DNA from: Alphaproteobacteria bacterium
GTDB lineage: Bacteria; Pseudomonadota; Alphaproteobacteria; GCA-2731375
DNA: 64,000 nt
Assembly: GCA_965232515.1 (NCBI GenBank)
Contig: CBDDPY010000002.1
Coordinates: forward strand, 64,001-128,000
Direction: 5' to 3'
Shown here piece by piece: positions 38,959-49,648 of the stretch (position 1 is the first letter of the stretch; the number at the start of each line of letters is the position of its first letter). Made by a program: the position numbers and the translations under genes. The notes beneath the pieces are model-generated. The model was not told the DNA's origin. It worked only from the letters and a program-made list of their open reading frames with translations, and did no database searches.

Positions 38959-39849
38959 ATGGCGACGATCGGCTTTATCGGCCTGGGCAACATGGGCGGC
39001 CCCATGGCCCGCAACCTGGTGAACGCGGGTCACAGTGTGAAGGCCTTCGACCTGTCGCCCGATGCCATGAACTTCGCCGTGCAGGCGGGCGCGCAGGCCG
39101 CGACCAGCGTCGCCGACGCCGCGGGCGGGGTTGCGTTCGTCGTCACCATGCTGCCGGTGGGCCAGCACGTGCGCGATGTCTATCTCGGTCCGGACGGCGC
39201 CATCGCCGCGGCAGATCCGGGCACGGTGCTGCTGGACTCCTCGACCATCGATGTCGAGACCGCGCAGGCCGTGCACGCGGCCGCGGCCGAGGCTGGCCTC
39301 GAAATGCTGGACGCGCCGGTCTCGGGCGGCACCGGCGGGGCCGAGGCGGGCACGCTCACCTTCATGTGCGGCGGCGACAAGGCCGTGTTCGAGAAGGCGA
39401 AGGCCGTGCTCTCGGGCATGGGCAAGAATCTGGTGCTGGCCGGCGGGCCGGGCCTGGGCCAGGCGGCCAAGATCTGCAACAACATGGTCGCCGGCATCTC
39501 CAACATCGCCGTCTGCGAGGCCTTCGTGCTGGGCGAGAAGCTGGGCCTCGACCACCAGGTGCTCTACGACATCATGTCGACCTCGTCCGCCTCCTGCTTC
39601 TCGCTCCTGCATCTTTGTCCGGTGCCCGGACCGGTGCCGACCTCGCCGGCGAACCGCGACTACCAGCCGGGCTTCGCCGCGGCGCTGATGCTGAAGGACC
39701 TTCGCCTGGCGCAAGCAGCGTCGCAGATGACCGGCGCGGCGACGCCGTTGGGCGCGGAAGCGGCGGCGCTCTATGCCTTGTTCTGCAACGCCGGCAATGC
39801 CGAGATGGACACATCGGCGATCATCAAGCTGATCCGCGGCGAAGGATGA
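38959..39849 (+). CDS. mmsB: 3-hydroxyisobutyrate dehydrogenase
   Basis: FIGLGNMGGPMA, DAPVSGG, GTLTFMCGG, AKICNNM, PVPG....SPAN.DY..GF...LMLKDL. Confidence 0.9.
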   Translation: MATIGFIGLGNMGGPMARNLVNAGHSVKAFDLSPDAMNFAVQAGAQAATSVADAAGGVAFVVTMLPVGQHVRDVYLGPDGAIAAADPGTVLLDSSTIDVETAQAVHAAAAEAGLEMLDAPVSGGTGGAEAGTLTFMCGGDKAVFEKAKAVLSGMGKNLVLAGGPGLGQAAKICNNMVAGISNIAVCEAFVLGEKLGLDHQVLYDIMSTSSASCFSLLHLCPVPGPVPTSPANRDYQPGFAAALMLKDLRLAQAASQMTGAATPLGAEAAALYALFCNAGNAEMDTSAIIKLIRGEG

Positions 39850-41479
39850 GGCCGCTGCGCCAGATGAGATAACCGGCGAGCAGGATCAGCAATCCGGCCA
39901 CCACCGGGCGCACGACACCGTCCATCAGGAACAGCGGCACCGAGACGGCCAGCAGCAGCAGCGGCATGTAGGCGCGCGTCCAGGGCGCCGTGCCGCGCTG
40001 CGCCTGGTACCAGGGGAAGACCACCGAGAACGCGGCAATGATCAGGAAGAACAGCGACCAGGGTCGGGTCACGAACAGGCTGACGTCGTCGCTGATCGCC
40101 AGCGCGCGCGACAGGTTCAGCTCGGCGATATGGCCGAGCACGACGCCCAGGATCATCGGCGCCAGCGGGAAACCCAGCGTGCGCATGACGTAGCCGACGA
40201 TGCCGAAGATGAAGAGCGTCCAGATGTCGAAGCTGACATTGTTCAGCGCGAAGACGCCGATGGCGCAGTAGATCAGGATCACCGCGGCGAGCGTGTACAT
40301 GGGAATGCGCACGACCAGCAGGAAGGCGCGCAGGCAGAAGGCCTGCATGCCGATCATGATGAAGTGTGCGAGGAAGAAGGCGATGAAGACGGCGTAGGCG
40401 AGTTCCGGATTGTCGCCGATGAAGGACGGGCTGGGCTGGACGTTGTGGATCAGCAGCGCGCCCAGCATCACCGCCGTCACCACGTCGCCCGGGATGCCGA
40501 GCGCCATCATGGTGATCAGCGCGCCGCCGGCGGTCGCGTTGTTTGACGCTTCCGGCGCGATGATGCCGTTCGGCTCGCCGCTGCCGAAAGTCTCGGGCGT
40601 GCGCGACGCCTTCTTGGCCTGGTCGTAGGCCAGGATGTTCGAGATCGAGCCGCCCGCCGCCGGCAGCAGGCCGGTGAAGACGCCGATCAGCGCCGAGCGC
40701 ACCAGGTTGGTCCAGCGCCGCGCGATCATGCCGACGGCCCTGAGATGCTCGACCTTGACGGCCTTGGCGCTGCCGGGCGGCATCAGTGGCTCGCGCGCCT
40801 TGAACCGGTCCTGTACGTCGCTCAACAGCTGGCTGAAGGCGAACAGACCGACCAGCACCGGCAGGAAGGCGAAGCCCTGTTCCAACGCGTCGCTGCCGAA
40901 ATTGAACCGGGCGACGCCGTTGATCTCGTCCTCGCCGATCGACGCCACCAGCAGGCCCAGGATGCCGGCGATGATGCCCTTCAGCAGGTTCTCGCCCGAC
41001 AGGCTGGCGGTGATGGTGAGCGCGAACAGCACCAGCGAGAAATAGTCCCAAGGACCGAACTCGAGGCCGACGCGGGCGAGCTGCGGCGCCAACGTCACCA
41101 GCAGAAACGCGCTCAGGATACCGCCCAGAAACGACGACCAGACGCCGAGGCCGAGCGCCAGGCCGGGCTTGCCGCTGCGCGCCAGCGGAAAGCCGTCGAA
41201 GGTGGTGGCGATCGACGAGGGCGTGCCCGGAATGCCGGTCAGCATGCCCGACATCAGCCCGCCCGACAGGCCGCCGACGAAGACGCCGATCATGGTGGCC
41301 AGGCCCTCGACCGCCGACAGCCCGAAGGTGAACGGCAGCGTCAGCACCACGGCCATGGTGATGGTGAAGCCGGGAATGGCGCCGGCGATCAGGCCGGCGG
41401 TCACACCCACCGTCATCAGCAGCAGGTTGGTGACCGCGAAGACGTCGCCGAAGGCGGTGATCACGTTCTCGACGATCAT
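39824..41479 (-). CDS. tctA: Tripartite tricarboxylate transporter large subunit
   Basis: GAIPG, IPGTP.S..T.FDG.P, G.LP..G, PEASNNA..GG, LGIPG. Confidence 0.92.
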   Translation of the reverse strand: MIVENVITAFGDVFAVTNLLLMTVGVTAGLIAGAIPGFTITMAVVLTLPFTFGLSAVEGLATMIGVFVGGLSGGLMSGMLTGIPGTPSSIATTFDGFPLARSGKPGLALGLGVWSSFLGGILSAFLLVTLAPQLARVGLEFGPWDYFSLVLFALTITASLSGENLLKGIIAGILGLLVASIGEDEINGVARFNFGSDALEQGFAFLPVLVGLFAFSQLLSDVQDRFKAREPLMPPGSAKAVKVEHLRAVGMIARRWTNLVRSALIGVFTGLLPAAGGSISNILAYDQAKKASRTPETFGSGEPNGIIAPEASNNATAGGALITMMALGIPGDVVTAVMLGALLIHNVQPSPSFIGDNPELAYAVFIAFFLAHFIMIGMQAFCLRAFLLVVRIPMYTLAAVILIYCAIGVFALNNVSFDIWTLFIFGIVGYVMRTLGFPLAPMILGVVLGHIAELNLSRALAISDDVSLFVTRPWSLFFLIIAAFSVVFPWYQAQRGTAPWTRAYMPLLLLAVSVPLFLMDGVVRPVVAGLLILLAGYLIWRSGLILRRGSA

Positions 41480-41489
41480 GTCGGCCGGC

Positions 41490-41975
41490 TCACTGGAACG
41501 AGAACAGCATGCCTTCCGGCAGGAACACCCGGAGGCCGAAGGTGAAGACGGACCACATGGCGCCGACCGAGACCACAGCGATGATCGCGTGCAGGATGAG
41601 TTTCCGCGGATCCGGCGGGCCCAGCACGGTCAGCGTCGTGAACACGAACAGCACGCCGCCGAGCAGCATGCCGAAGACCGGCAGGGTCAGCAGGAACAGC
41701 AGGAACAGCGTGTAGCAGACGAGGGCGTTGCGGTAGCGTTTGAGCCAGCCGGCGATGCCGTCGCCCGTGCGTTCGGCCGTTGGGCCGGCCCGCAACGCCT
41801 GGCCCAGCAGTGCCAGACTGAACACGGTCAGCAGCGCCAGCACGATCTGCGGCCAGACGCTCGACGGCATGGTGCCGTAGTTCGTCTCCTCGATCTGGAA
41901 CGAGGCGGTAATGAACACGCCGCAGAACAGCAGCAGGAAGATGGCGACGATGGCGTCGCGGTTCAGGCGCGTCAC
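41490..41975 (-). CDS. tctB: Tripartite tricarboxylate transporter small subunit
   Basis: Four TM, ends F...L.V.LPEG; lies between tctC and tctA. Confidence 0.85.
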   Translation of the reverse strand: MTRLNRDAIVAIFLLLFCGVFITASFQIEETNYGTMPSSVWPQIVLALLTVFSLALLGQALRAGPTAERTGDGIAGWLKRYRNALVCYTLFLLFLLTLPVFGMLLGGVLFVFTTLTVLGPPDPRKLILHAIIAVVSVGAMWSVFTFGLRVFLPEGMLFSFQ

Positions 41976-41994
41976 GCGACTGTCTCCGTGATCA

Positions 41995-42030
41995 GAAAAG
42001 CCGGGGCGGCGTCTTGCGCGCCGCCCCGGC
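41995..42030 (-). terminator. Intercistronic terminator/stabiliser hairpin after tctC
   Basis: GCCGGGGCGGCG-loop-CGCCGCCCCGGC followed by TTTTCT on the minus strand. Confidence 0.7.
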
Positions 42031-42036
42031 GGATAC

Positions 42037-43011
42037 TCAGTTGGTCGCCTTGTAGAGCCCGACCTCGACCGCGATGCGCTTCCACTCGGCGAAGGTCTCC
42101 TCGAAATAGGCCCGGTAGGCGTCGGGGTCCTTGAATTCGATCGAGGTGCCCTTGGCGGTCATCTGCTTCTGCACCGAGGGGTCCATCGCCGCCTGTTCGA
42201 ACAGCTTGCCGTAGTAGTCGATGATCTCGGGCGACGTGCCCTTGGGCAGCATGACGCCGCGATCGGTGCCGTAGACCAGGTCGTAGCCCTGCTCCTTCAT
42301 GGTCGGCACGTCCGGGATCTCGGGATTGCGTTCCTCGGTGGTGATGCCGAGCGCCTTCAGCTCGTTGCTCTGGATATACTTCTTGGCCGCGGCCAGGTTG
42401 ATCTCGCCGAGCTGAATGTTCTTCGCCAACAATGCGGTCATCCTCTGCCGCGTGCCGTCGTAGGAGACGTGCTTGAACTTCAGGCCAGTCTTGTCCTCCA
42501 GCAGCAGGAAGATGAAGTGGCTGGTCGAGCCCAGCGTGCCGCCGGCCGTCATCTCGCCGGGCTTGCCCGTCTCGCCCGCGACCAGCTCGGTGACGGTGCC
42601 GTAAGGCACGTCCGGATTGGCGCCGAAGATGGCCGGCGTGCGGGTCAGCATGACCACCGGCTCGAAGGCGTCCCAGGTGAAGTCGACCCGGCCGTTGAAA
42701 TAGCTGGTGATGGCGCTCTGGTGGATGGCGAACAACGTGCAGCCGTTGGCCTTGGCCTTGACCGCCTCCTTGGCGCCCTTGTTGCCGCCCTGGCCGGGTA
42801 TGTTCACGACCTGCAGCTCGGGCTTGGCGCCTGATTTGTTCACGGCCTCCACGAAGATCCGGAAGATCACGTCGGTACCGCCGCCCGCGCCCCAGGGCAC
42901 GATCAGCTTGGCCGTCCGGCACGGCAGGTCGACCGCGGCCGAGGCGGGCGCCGTCGCAAACACCGACACGGCGGCGGCCATGGCCGTCGCCAGGAGAAAT
43001 TTCGCTTTCAT
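42037..43011 (-). CDS. tctC: TTT periplasmic substrate-binding protein (Bug family)
   Basis: IVPW.AGGGTD, V.N.PG.GG, PDVPT.KEQG; signal peptide. Confidence 0.9.
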   Translation of the reverse strand: MKAKFLLATAMAAAVSVFATAPASAAVDLPCRTAKLIVPWGAGGGTDVIFRIFVEAVNKSGAKPELQVVNIPGQGGNKGAKEAVKAKANGCTLFAIHQSAITSYFNGRVDFTWDAFEPVVMLTRTPAIFGANPDVPYGTVTELVAGETGKPGEMTAGGTLGSTSHFIFLLLEDKTGLKFKHVSYDGTRQRMTALLAKNIQLGEINLAAAKKYIQSNELKALGITTEERNPEIPDVPTMKEQGYDLVYGTDRGVMLPKGTSPEIIDYYGKLFEQAAMDPSVQKQMTAKGTSIEFKDPDAYRAYFEETFAEWKRIAVEVGLYKATN

Positions 43012-43111
43012 TCTTCAAACTCCCTGTTGAGACGATCCGCGTTCTGGCGACGCGGTTTTCGTTGCTCCCGAAATATCGCAGCCGGGCGGTGGATGCAATG
43101 CGCCGTTGGCT

Positions 43112-44305
43112 TCAAGGCTGGGCCGTCGCGCCCGAGGCGAGGAGTCCGTCGATCGCGGCATCATCCAGGCCGGCCTCACGCAGCACTTCGACGCTGTGCT
43201 GACCCAGCCGCGGCGGCGGCAGTCGGATTTCCGACGGCGTCTCGGCGAAGCCGACCACCGGACTGGTCATGCGCAACTGGCCTTCGGTCGGATGTTCGAC
43301 ATCATGCCAGAAGCCGCTTTGCTTGAGCTGCGGGTGGTCGATCAGGTCCTGCAGCGTGTTGACCGTGTTGCACGGCACGCCCACGCCATCGAGCTCCCGC
43401 AGCCATTCGGCCGTGGTGCGCGTCGCGACGATGGCCTCCAATTCGGCATAGAGCGCGTCGATGTTCTCGGTGCGCGCCGCGACCGTGGCGAAGCGCGGAT
43501 CGTCCAGCAGCTCCGAACGGCCGGCGAGCTTCAGCACGGCCTGCCAATGGGCGTCGGTGTGCGGCAGGACGGCGACGTAGCCGTCGCGCGTGGCGTAGGG
43601 CCGGCGGTGATCGCTCAACACCCGGCCATAGCCGAACGCGCCCTCGGCCGGCTCGAAGGTGTGGCCGAACAGGTGCTCGGACATGACGTAGGCGACCATG
43701 TTCTCGAACATCGGCACCTCGATGGCCTGGCCGCCGCCGTGCCGCTCGCGCCGGAACAGGGCGGCGCAGATGGCGTAGACCACGGTCATGGCCGTGGTCT
43801 TGTCGCAGACCACGGCGGGCAGATAGTTCGGCGCGCCGTGCTTGACGCCCTCCATGGCCGCGAGCCCGCTCGCCGCCTGGATGATGTCGTCATAGGCCGG
43901 CTTTTCCGCGTTCGGGCCGGATTTCCGGTAGCCGTAGGTTGCGCAATAGACGATCTTGGGATTGACGGCTTTGACCGCCTCGTAGGCGAGGCCGAGGCGC
44001 GTCACCACCTGCGGCCGCAGGTTGTGGACCAGCACATCGGCGGTCTCGAGCAGCTTGAGGCAGGCGGCGAGCGCGTCGGGGTCTTTCAGATCCAGGACGA
44101 TCGAGCGCTTGTTGCGGTTGCAGTTCAGGAACAGGGCCGCCATGCCGGGATTGCGCGCCGGGCCGATGTTCCGCGTGGTGTCGCCGGCCGGCGGCTCGAT
44201 CTTGATCACGTCGGCGCCCATGTCGCCCAGCATCTGCGCGGCCCAGGGTCCCAGCACGACGCTAGTCAATTCGACAATACGCACCCCTTCGAGCGGACCC
44301 GACAT
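43112..44305 (-). CDS. CaiB/BaiF family III CoA-transferase
   Basis: PLEGVRIV, LGDMGADVIKIE, NRNKRSIVLDLK, PAYDDIIQA. Confidence 0.92.
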   Translation of the reverse strand: MSGPLEGVRIVELTSVVLGPWAAQMLGDMGADVIKIEPPAGDTTRNIGPARNPGMAALFLNCNRNKRSIVLDLKDPDALAACLKLLETADVLVHNLRPQVVTRLGLAYEAVKAVNPKIVYCATYGYRKSGPNAEKPAYDDIIQAASGLAAMEGVKHGAPNYLPAVVCDKTTAMTVVYAICAALFRRERHGGGQAIEVPMFENMVAYVMSEHLFGHTFEPAEGAFGYGRVLSDHRRPYATRDGYVAVLPHTDAHWQAVLKLAGRSELLDDPRFATVAARTENIDALYAELEAIVATRTTAEWLRELDGVGVPCNTVNTLQDLIDHPQLKQSGFWHDVEHPTEGQLRMTSPVVGFAETPSEIRLPPPRLGQHSVEVLREAGLDDAAIDGLLASGATAQP

Positions 44306-44403
44306 GTTCAACATCCTCTACGGCAGATCTTGGGGAAAGGCGGCAAGCCCCGGATTCGATTATCATAGTCGCTTGTGTAGCGGAAACGACGATAGACGGG
44401 ATC

Positions 44404-45297
44404 ATGACAGAAACGAAAGACCTGCCGCTGTGGCGTTCGATGATGTTCGTGCCGGCGAACGTGCCGAAGTTTGTGGAGAAGGCGCATACGCGCGGCGCCG
44501 ATGCGATCATTATCGACCTGGAAGACAGCGTACTGCCGGAAGACAAGGCGGCGGCGCGCAAGCTGGTGCCCGAGGTGGCGGCCGTCGTGGGCCAGGCCGG
44601 CGCCGACGTCTGCGTACGCCTTAACCGGCCGTGGCGGCTGGCGGTCCCGGACATCGAGGCTTCGGTCTGTCCCGACGTGGCCGCGCTAGTGCTGCCGAAG
44701 GTGGCCGATGCCGGCCATGTGCGCGCCATCGCCGAAATCGTCGATGAGATCGAGGCGGAGAAGGGCATGCCGGCGGGCCGCACCCGGCTCGTGGCGATGA
44801 TCGAGACAGCGGATGCGTTCTTCCATGTCCGCGACATCGCCGGCGCGCATGCCCGTGTCGTCGGCATGATCCTGGGCTCGGAAGACTTCGCCAACTCGGC
44901 CGGCATGGCGCCCGAGCCGGATGGGCTGTTCCACGCCACGGTCGAGACCGCGATCGCGGCCCGCGCCGCCGGCATCCTGCCGCTTGGCTTCGTCGGCTCG
45001 CTCGTTGGCTATTCCGACCTCGACGAGTTCCGCGCCATGGTGCGGCGCGGCCGGAACCTGGGCTTCGAGGGCGCCTTCTGCATCCATCCCGCGCAGGTGC
45101 CAATCCTGAACGAGGAATACGCGCCGTCGGCCGACGATGTGGATTATGCCCGGCGCGTGATTGCCGCGGCGGACGAGGCGGCGGCGGCCGGCCGCGGCTC
45201 GGCCACGGTCGACGGCAAGATGATCGACATCCCCATCGTCGACCGCGCCCGGCTGACGCTGCAGCGGCAGGCGCAAATCGAGGCCCGAGCCGGATGA
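44404..45297 (+). CDS. CitE/malyl-CoA lyase-like (HpcH/HpaI aldolase/citrate lyase family)
   Basis: RS..FVP, DA.I.DLEDSV, VRLN, LPKV, IET, GSED, CIHP.Q, GKMID.P. Confidence 0.9.
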   Translation: MTETKDLPLWRSMMFVPANVPKFVEKAHTRGADAIIIDLEDSVLPEDKAAARKLVPEVAAVVGQAGADVCVRLNRPWRLAVPDIEASVCPDVAALVLPKVADAGHVRAIAEIVDEIEAEKGMPAGRTRLVAMIETADAFFHVRDIAGAHARVVGMILGSEDFANSAGMAPEPDGLFHATVETAIAARAAGILPLGFVGSLVGYSDLDEFRAMVRRGRNLGFEGAFCIHPAQVPILNEEYAPSADDVDYARRVIAAADEAAAAGRGSATVDGKMIDIPIVDRARLTLQRQAQIEARAG

Positions 45298-46529
45298 CGG
45301 ATACCAGCAATGGCGCGCGCCCGCTCGACGGCGTGCGCGTGCTCGATATCGCGACCTTTATCGCCGCGCCCTACTGCGCCACCATCCTGGGCGAGTTCGG
45401 CGCCGAGGTGATCAAGATCGAGCAGCCCGGCGTTGGCGATCCGGCCCGCGTCTTCGGCACGCCGACGGAGCGCGTGACCAGCTCGACCGGGCGCGGCGAC
45501 ACGCTGGTCTGGCTGTCGGAGTCGCGCAACAAGCAATCGATCACGCTCGATCTCCGCAGCGAGAAGGGCGCCGATCTGTTCAAGCGGCTGGTCGAGAAGA
45601 GCGACGTTGTCTGCGAGAATTTCCGGGTCGGCACGTTGGAGAAATGGGGCCTCGGCTGGGACACGCTGCGGGCGATCAATCCGCGTCTGGTGATGCTGCG
45701 CGTCACCGGCTTCGGCCAGACCGGTCCAAATGCCGAGCGGCCCGGTTTCGCGCGGATCGCCCAGGCTTTCGGCGGGCTCGGTATTCTCGCCGGCATGCCG
45801 GACGGCCCGCCGGTGGTGCCGGGCTCCAGCACGCTCGCGGACTACATGTCGGGCATGTACGGCGCGCTCGGCGTGATGATGGCCTTGCGTGTGGCGGAAC
45901 GGACGGGGCAGGGGCAGTACATCGACATCGGCCTCTACGAGTCGGTGTTCCGGGTGCTGGACGAGATGGTGCCGGCCTATGGCCGCGACGGCACCGTGCG
46001 CGAGCGCATGGGACCGGCGACGGTCAACGTTTGCCCGCACAGCCATTATCAGACCAAGGATGGTGCTTGGGTGGCGATCGCCTGCACCAACGACAAGATG
46101 TTCGCGCGCCTCGCCGCGGTGATGGGCCGGCCGGAGCTGGCGGCCGACGATCGCCTGGGCAAGGTCCAGGCGCGGCTCGCCGCCCGTCCCGAGGTCGACG
46201 GCCTGGTGTCGGCCTGGACGGCCAGTCTGACGAAGGATGAGGTTTTGCAGGCCTGCACGGCGGGTGAGGTGCCGTGCGGACCGCTAAACACCGTCGCCGA
46301 TATCTTCGGGGACCCGCAGTTCGCCGCGCGCGAGAACCTGGTGCGGATGATGGCTGACGAGATCGGCGAGGTGACGGTGCCGTCGGTGGTGCCGAGGCTG
46401 TCGGAGACACCGGGCCGCATCGACCATCTGGGGCCGCCGTTGGGCGATGCGAACGCGGCGGTCTACGGTGGGCTACTCGGACTCAGTGATACGGAGATCG
46501 AGGGGTTGAAGGCGGAGGGGGTTATCTGA
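45294..46529 (+). CDS. CaiB/BaiF family III CoA-transferase
   Basis: [33 protein letters not shown]; ATGA overlap with the lyase. Confidence 0.92.
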   Translation: MTDTSNGARPLDGVRVLDIATFIAAPYCATILGEFGAEVIKIEQPGVGDPARVFGTPTERVTSSTGRGDTLVWLSESRNKQSITLDLRSEKGADLFKRLVEKSDVVCENFRVGTLEKWGLGWDTLRAINPRLVMLRVTGFGQTGPNAERPGFARIAQAFGGLGILAGMPDGPPVVPGSSTLADYMSGMYGALGVMMALRVAERTGQGQYIDIGLYESVFRVLDEMVPAYGRDGTVRERMGPATVNVCPHSHYQTKDGAWVAIACTNDKMFARLAAVMGRPELAADDRLGKVQARLAARPEVDGLVSAWTASLTKDEVLQACTAGEVPCGPLNTVADIFGDPQFAARENLVRMMADEIGEVTVPSVVPRLSETPGRIDHLGPPLGDANAAVYGGLLGLSDTEIEGLKAEGVI

Positions 46530-46556
46530 AGACCTGTGCACGGTATCGGGTCAGCG

Positions 46557-46687
46557 GCCCTCACCCTCCCACGAGCTGACGCTCGCGGGTCCCTCCTTCT
46601 CCCGCAAGCGGGAGAGGGGTTGTGGAGCCGAAGCGGTAGCGGTAGCGGCCCCCTCTCCCGTTTACGGGAGAGGGTTGGGGTGAGGGC
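46557..46687. repeat. REP-like composite palindromic element, family A
   Basis: Near reverse complement of 9264-9389, between convergent genes. Confidence 0.85.
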
Positions 46688-46710
46688 CTGCTGAGGTGCC
46701 GTCGGGTTCC

Positions 46711-47850
46711 TTACGAAATATGCGCCCCCCGCGTCTCCACGAATACCGCGTAGAGCGACTGGCTGCCGGTCATGAACAGGCGGTTGCGCTTGGTGCCGCC
46801 GAAGCAGACGTTCGAGCAGATCTCCGGCAGGCGGATATGGCCGATGCGGTCGCCATTCGGCGCGAAGATGTGCACGCCGTCGTAGCCGTCGCCGACCCAG
46901 CCAGCGCTGGCCCAGATGTTGCCGTCCTCGTCGGCGCGGATGCCGTCGGCGAAGCCGGACTTGCCGTCCATCTCCATGTCGGCGAACTGGCCGGCATTGG
47001 TCAGGCGCTGGCCGTCAATGTCGTACTGCCAGATGATCTTCTTGGCGTCGCTGTAGTGTGACGCGCCGGTGTCGGCGACGTAGAGCTTCTTGTAGTCGTG
47101 CGAGAAGCAGAGCCCGTTCGGCTTGTGCGGCTCGTCGGCCACCTTCGCCATCTTGCCGCTGGTGCCATCGATGCGATAGATCGCTTCTTTCTGGAATGGC
47201 TGTGGGCTACCGGTGTTGGCGCGGTTGCCCTCATAGTTCATCAGGCTGCCGTAGCCGGGATCGGTGAACCAGATGGAGCCGTCTTCCGGATGCACGACGG
47301 CATCGTTGGGCGCGTTCAACTGGCCGCCGTTGTATGAGTCCGCCAGCACCGTCTGCGAGCCGTCGTATTCGTAGCGCACGACACGGCGGTTGCCGTGCTC
47401 GCAGGCGATCTGGCGGCCCTGGAAGTCGAAGGTATTGCCATTGCTGTTGCCCGATGGGAAGCGGAAGCGGCGGCCGACATGGCCGTCTTCCTCCATCCAG
47501 CGCAGTTGCTCGTTGTTGGGAATGTCGCTCCAAAGCAGATAGCGGCCGACGCCGTTCCAGGCCGGCCCCTCGGCCCAGAGCGTGCCGCGGTGCAGGCGCA
47601 TGATGGGCGTGTTGCCGAGCTTGTACTTGAAGCGCTGGTCGAGCACGACGACGTCGGGCTCGGGATAGCGCACGGGTTCGGCGTCCGCGTCGAAGTTGCG
47701 GGCGAAGGCCGTCGACGACATGGCCGTGGTCGCGGCGACGGTGGTCGCGGCCGCCAGGAACGAACGGCGGTCCATGCCCTTCGGTTCTTTCGCCGGCCGG
47801 TCCGACGGTTTGGCGAGATCGATAAACTTATGAAGCTGTACGCGATGCAT
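46711..47850 (-). CDS. SMP-30/gluconolactonase family protein, Tat-exported
   Basis: DRRSFL; WAEGPAW, SDIPN, NGNT.D, LNAPND, PNGLCFS, DGIR.D..GN; RBS GAGGAGG before 47850. Confidence 0.9.
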   Translation of the reverse strand: MHRVQLHKFIDLAKPSDRPAKEPKGMDRRSFLAAATTVAATTAMSSTAFARNFDADAEPVRYPEPDVVVLDQRFKYKLGNTPIMRLHRGTLWAEGPAWNGVGRYLLWSDIPNNEQLRWMEEDGHVGRRFRFPSGNSNGNTFDFQGRQIACEHGNRRVVRYEYDGSQTVLADSYNGGQLNAPNDAVVHPEDGSIWFTDPGYGSLMNYEGNRANTGSPQPFQKEAIYRIDGTSGKMAKVADEPHKPNGLCFSHDYKKLYVADTGASHYSDAKKIIWQYDIDGQRLTNAGQFADMEMDGKSGFADGIRADEDGNIWASAGWVGDGYDGVHIFAPNGDRIGHIRLPEICSNVCFGGTKRNRLFMTGSQSLYAVFVETRGAHIS

Positions 47851-48170
47851 GTCGTGGGCCTCCTCTGATCAATAGCCAATGAAATTTCCGCTCTAACGGC
47901 GAGACCGTTGTTCGCGCGGTATCTGGCCCCCCAATTCGAGTTGATGAAGGTCGAAATGACGCGTGTCAGGCGCGTCCGAGATGCCGTCGGGCGTCGCTAC
48001 AATTCTTTGGATTGAATAAGCTGTAAGCCGCTGCCGGCGCCGCGCCGGTCAGCCGTGGATGCTGACGCATCGTTGATCCCTCCCGTTCGTCTGCGTGTCG
48101 CAGATCTTTTTTGCGCGAGAGATTATGACTCAATCGGCGCGATCGAACGAGCGGAAGTATCGGTGGTCGA

Positions 48171-49547
48171 TTAGTTTCCCGCGATCGCGGCGCGCGCCTC
48201 GGGCGCGAAGGCCCGCAGGCTTTCCGTCAGCAGGCCCATGATTTCGTCGACCTGCGCCTCGGTCACGATCAACGGCGGCGAGATCAGGAAGTTGTCGCCG
48301 CGCTGGCCGTTCAGGACCCGACGGCTGTAGATCACCAGGCCACGGTCGTAGGCCTCCTGCGCCAGCCGCAGATAGGCGTCGAGCTCGGGCGGCAGCGGGT
48401 GGCCGGTCTTGCGGTCGGCGATGATGTCGAAGCCCAGCAGCAGGCCCTTGCCGCGGACCTCGCCGATGAATTCGAACTCGTCCTGCAGGCCTTCCAAGCG
48501 CGACTTCAGGATCGCGCCCATGCGCGCGGCGTTGCCCATGAGGTCGTTGTCGAGATGCTCGGCCAGCACGGCGCGGCCGATGGCGCAGGCGAGCGGGCCG
48601 GCCGAATAGGTATGGCCGTGCGCGAAACCGCCGGCGGCCTGAATGGTCTCGACCATGCGCCGCGATGCCAGGATCGCGCCGAGCGGCACGTAGCCGGCGG
48701 CCAGGCCCTTCGCCAGCACGGCGATGTCGGGCGTGACGCCGAAGTGCTCGGCGGCGAGATACTTGCCGGTGCGGCCGGCGCCGCTCATTACCTCGTCGAA
48801 GATCAGCAGCACGCCATGCCGGTCGCAGATCTCGCGTACGCGGGTGTAGTAGATGTCGGGCGCCGTCAGCGCGCCCGTCGAGGCGCCGCCGACCGGTTCC
48901 ATGATGAAGGCCAGGATGGTCTCCGGACCCTGCGCCGTGATCTCCGCCTCCAGCTCGTCGGCATAGGCAATCGCCGACTCCTCCAGGCTCTGGCCCTCGG
49001 GCCGGTAGGCGCAGTAGGGCGTCGGGATCTTCGGCATGATCGGCATCATCGGCGCGAACGGCCCGGCCATCTGCGGATCGCCGGTCAGCGCCAGCGCGCC
49101 CAGCGTGGCGCCGTGATAGGACGGCATGCGCGAGACGATCTTGTAGCGGGTGGCTTCGCCGGTCGCCAAGGCGTGCTGCCGGGCCAGCTTGACCGCCGCC
49201 TCGACCGCCTCCGAGCCGCCGGAGCAGAAGAAGGCCATGTCGAGGCCCTCGGGCGCCACGGCGGCCAGCTCGTGCGCCAGCTCCTCGGCCGGTTCGTTCA
49301 TGAAATGCGAGCGGAAGGCGAAGCTGATCTTGGCCGCCTGCTCGGCCATGGCCTCACGCACCCGGACGTTGCCGTGACCGATATTGGCGGTCTGCGGGCC
49401 GGCGCAGGCGTCGATATAACGCCTGCCGCTCTGGTCCCAGACATAGATGCCCTCGCCGCGCTCGATGACCGGGCGGTCCGGCGTCGGCCAGAAGAACATG
49501 GAGGACGGACGGTTGTCGCCGCGGCGGTCGCTGTGGGCAAGGCTCAT
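48171..49547 (-). CDS. Class III PLP-dependent aminotransferase
   Basis: SGGSEAVE.A.K, SYHG.T, EPV.G, FDEVMSG.GRTG, AKGL..GY.P, HGHTY. Confidence 0.92.
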   Translation of the reverse strand: MSLAHSDRRGDNRPSSMFFWPTPDRPVIERGEGIYVWDQSGRRYIDACAGPQTANIGHGNVRVREAMAEQAAKISFAFRSHFMNEPAEELAHELAAVAPEGLDMAFFCSGGSEAVEAAVKLARQHALATGEATRYKIVSRMPSYHGATLGALALTGDPQMAGPFAPMMPIMPKIPTPYCAYRPEGQSLEESAIAYADELEAEITAQGPETILAFIMEPVGGASTGALTAPDIYYTRVREICDRHGVLLIFDEVMSGAGRTGKYLAAEHFGVTPDIAVLAKGLAAGYVPLGAILASRRMVETIQAAGGFAHGHTYSAGPLACAIGRAVLAEHLDNDLMGNAARMGAILKSRLEGLQDEFEFIGEVRGKGLLLGFDIIADRKTGHPLPPELDAYLRLAQEAYDRGLVIYSRRVLNGQRGDNFLISPPLIVTEAQVDEIMGLLTESLRAFAPEARAAIAGN

Positions 49548-49648
49548 GACGGTGTTTCCGGAGTTGTCGCGCGAAGGTGGTCGCGGATCGTAACGCAGCC
49601 TGCGATGATAGGACAGACAGGGCATCCGCATATCGGAAGGAACAGAGT

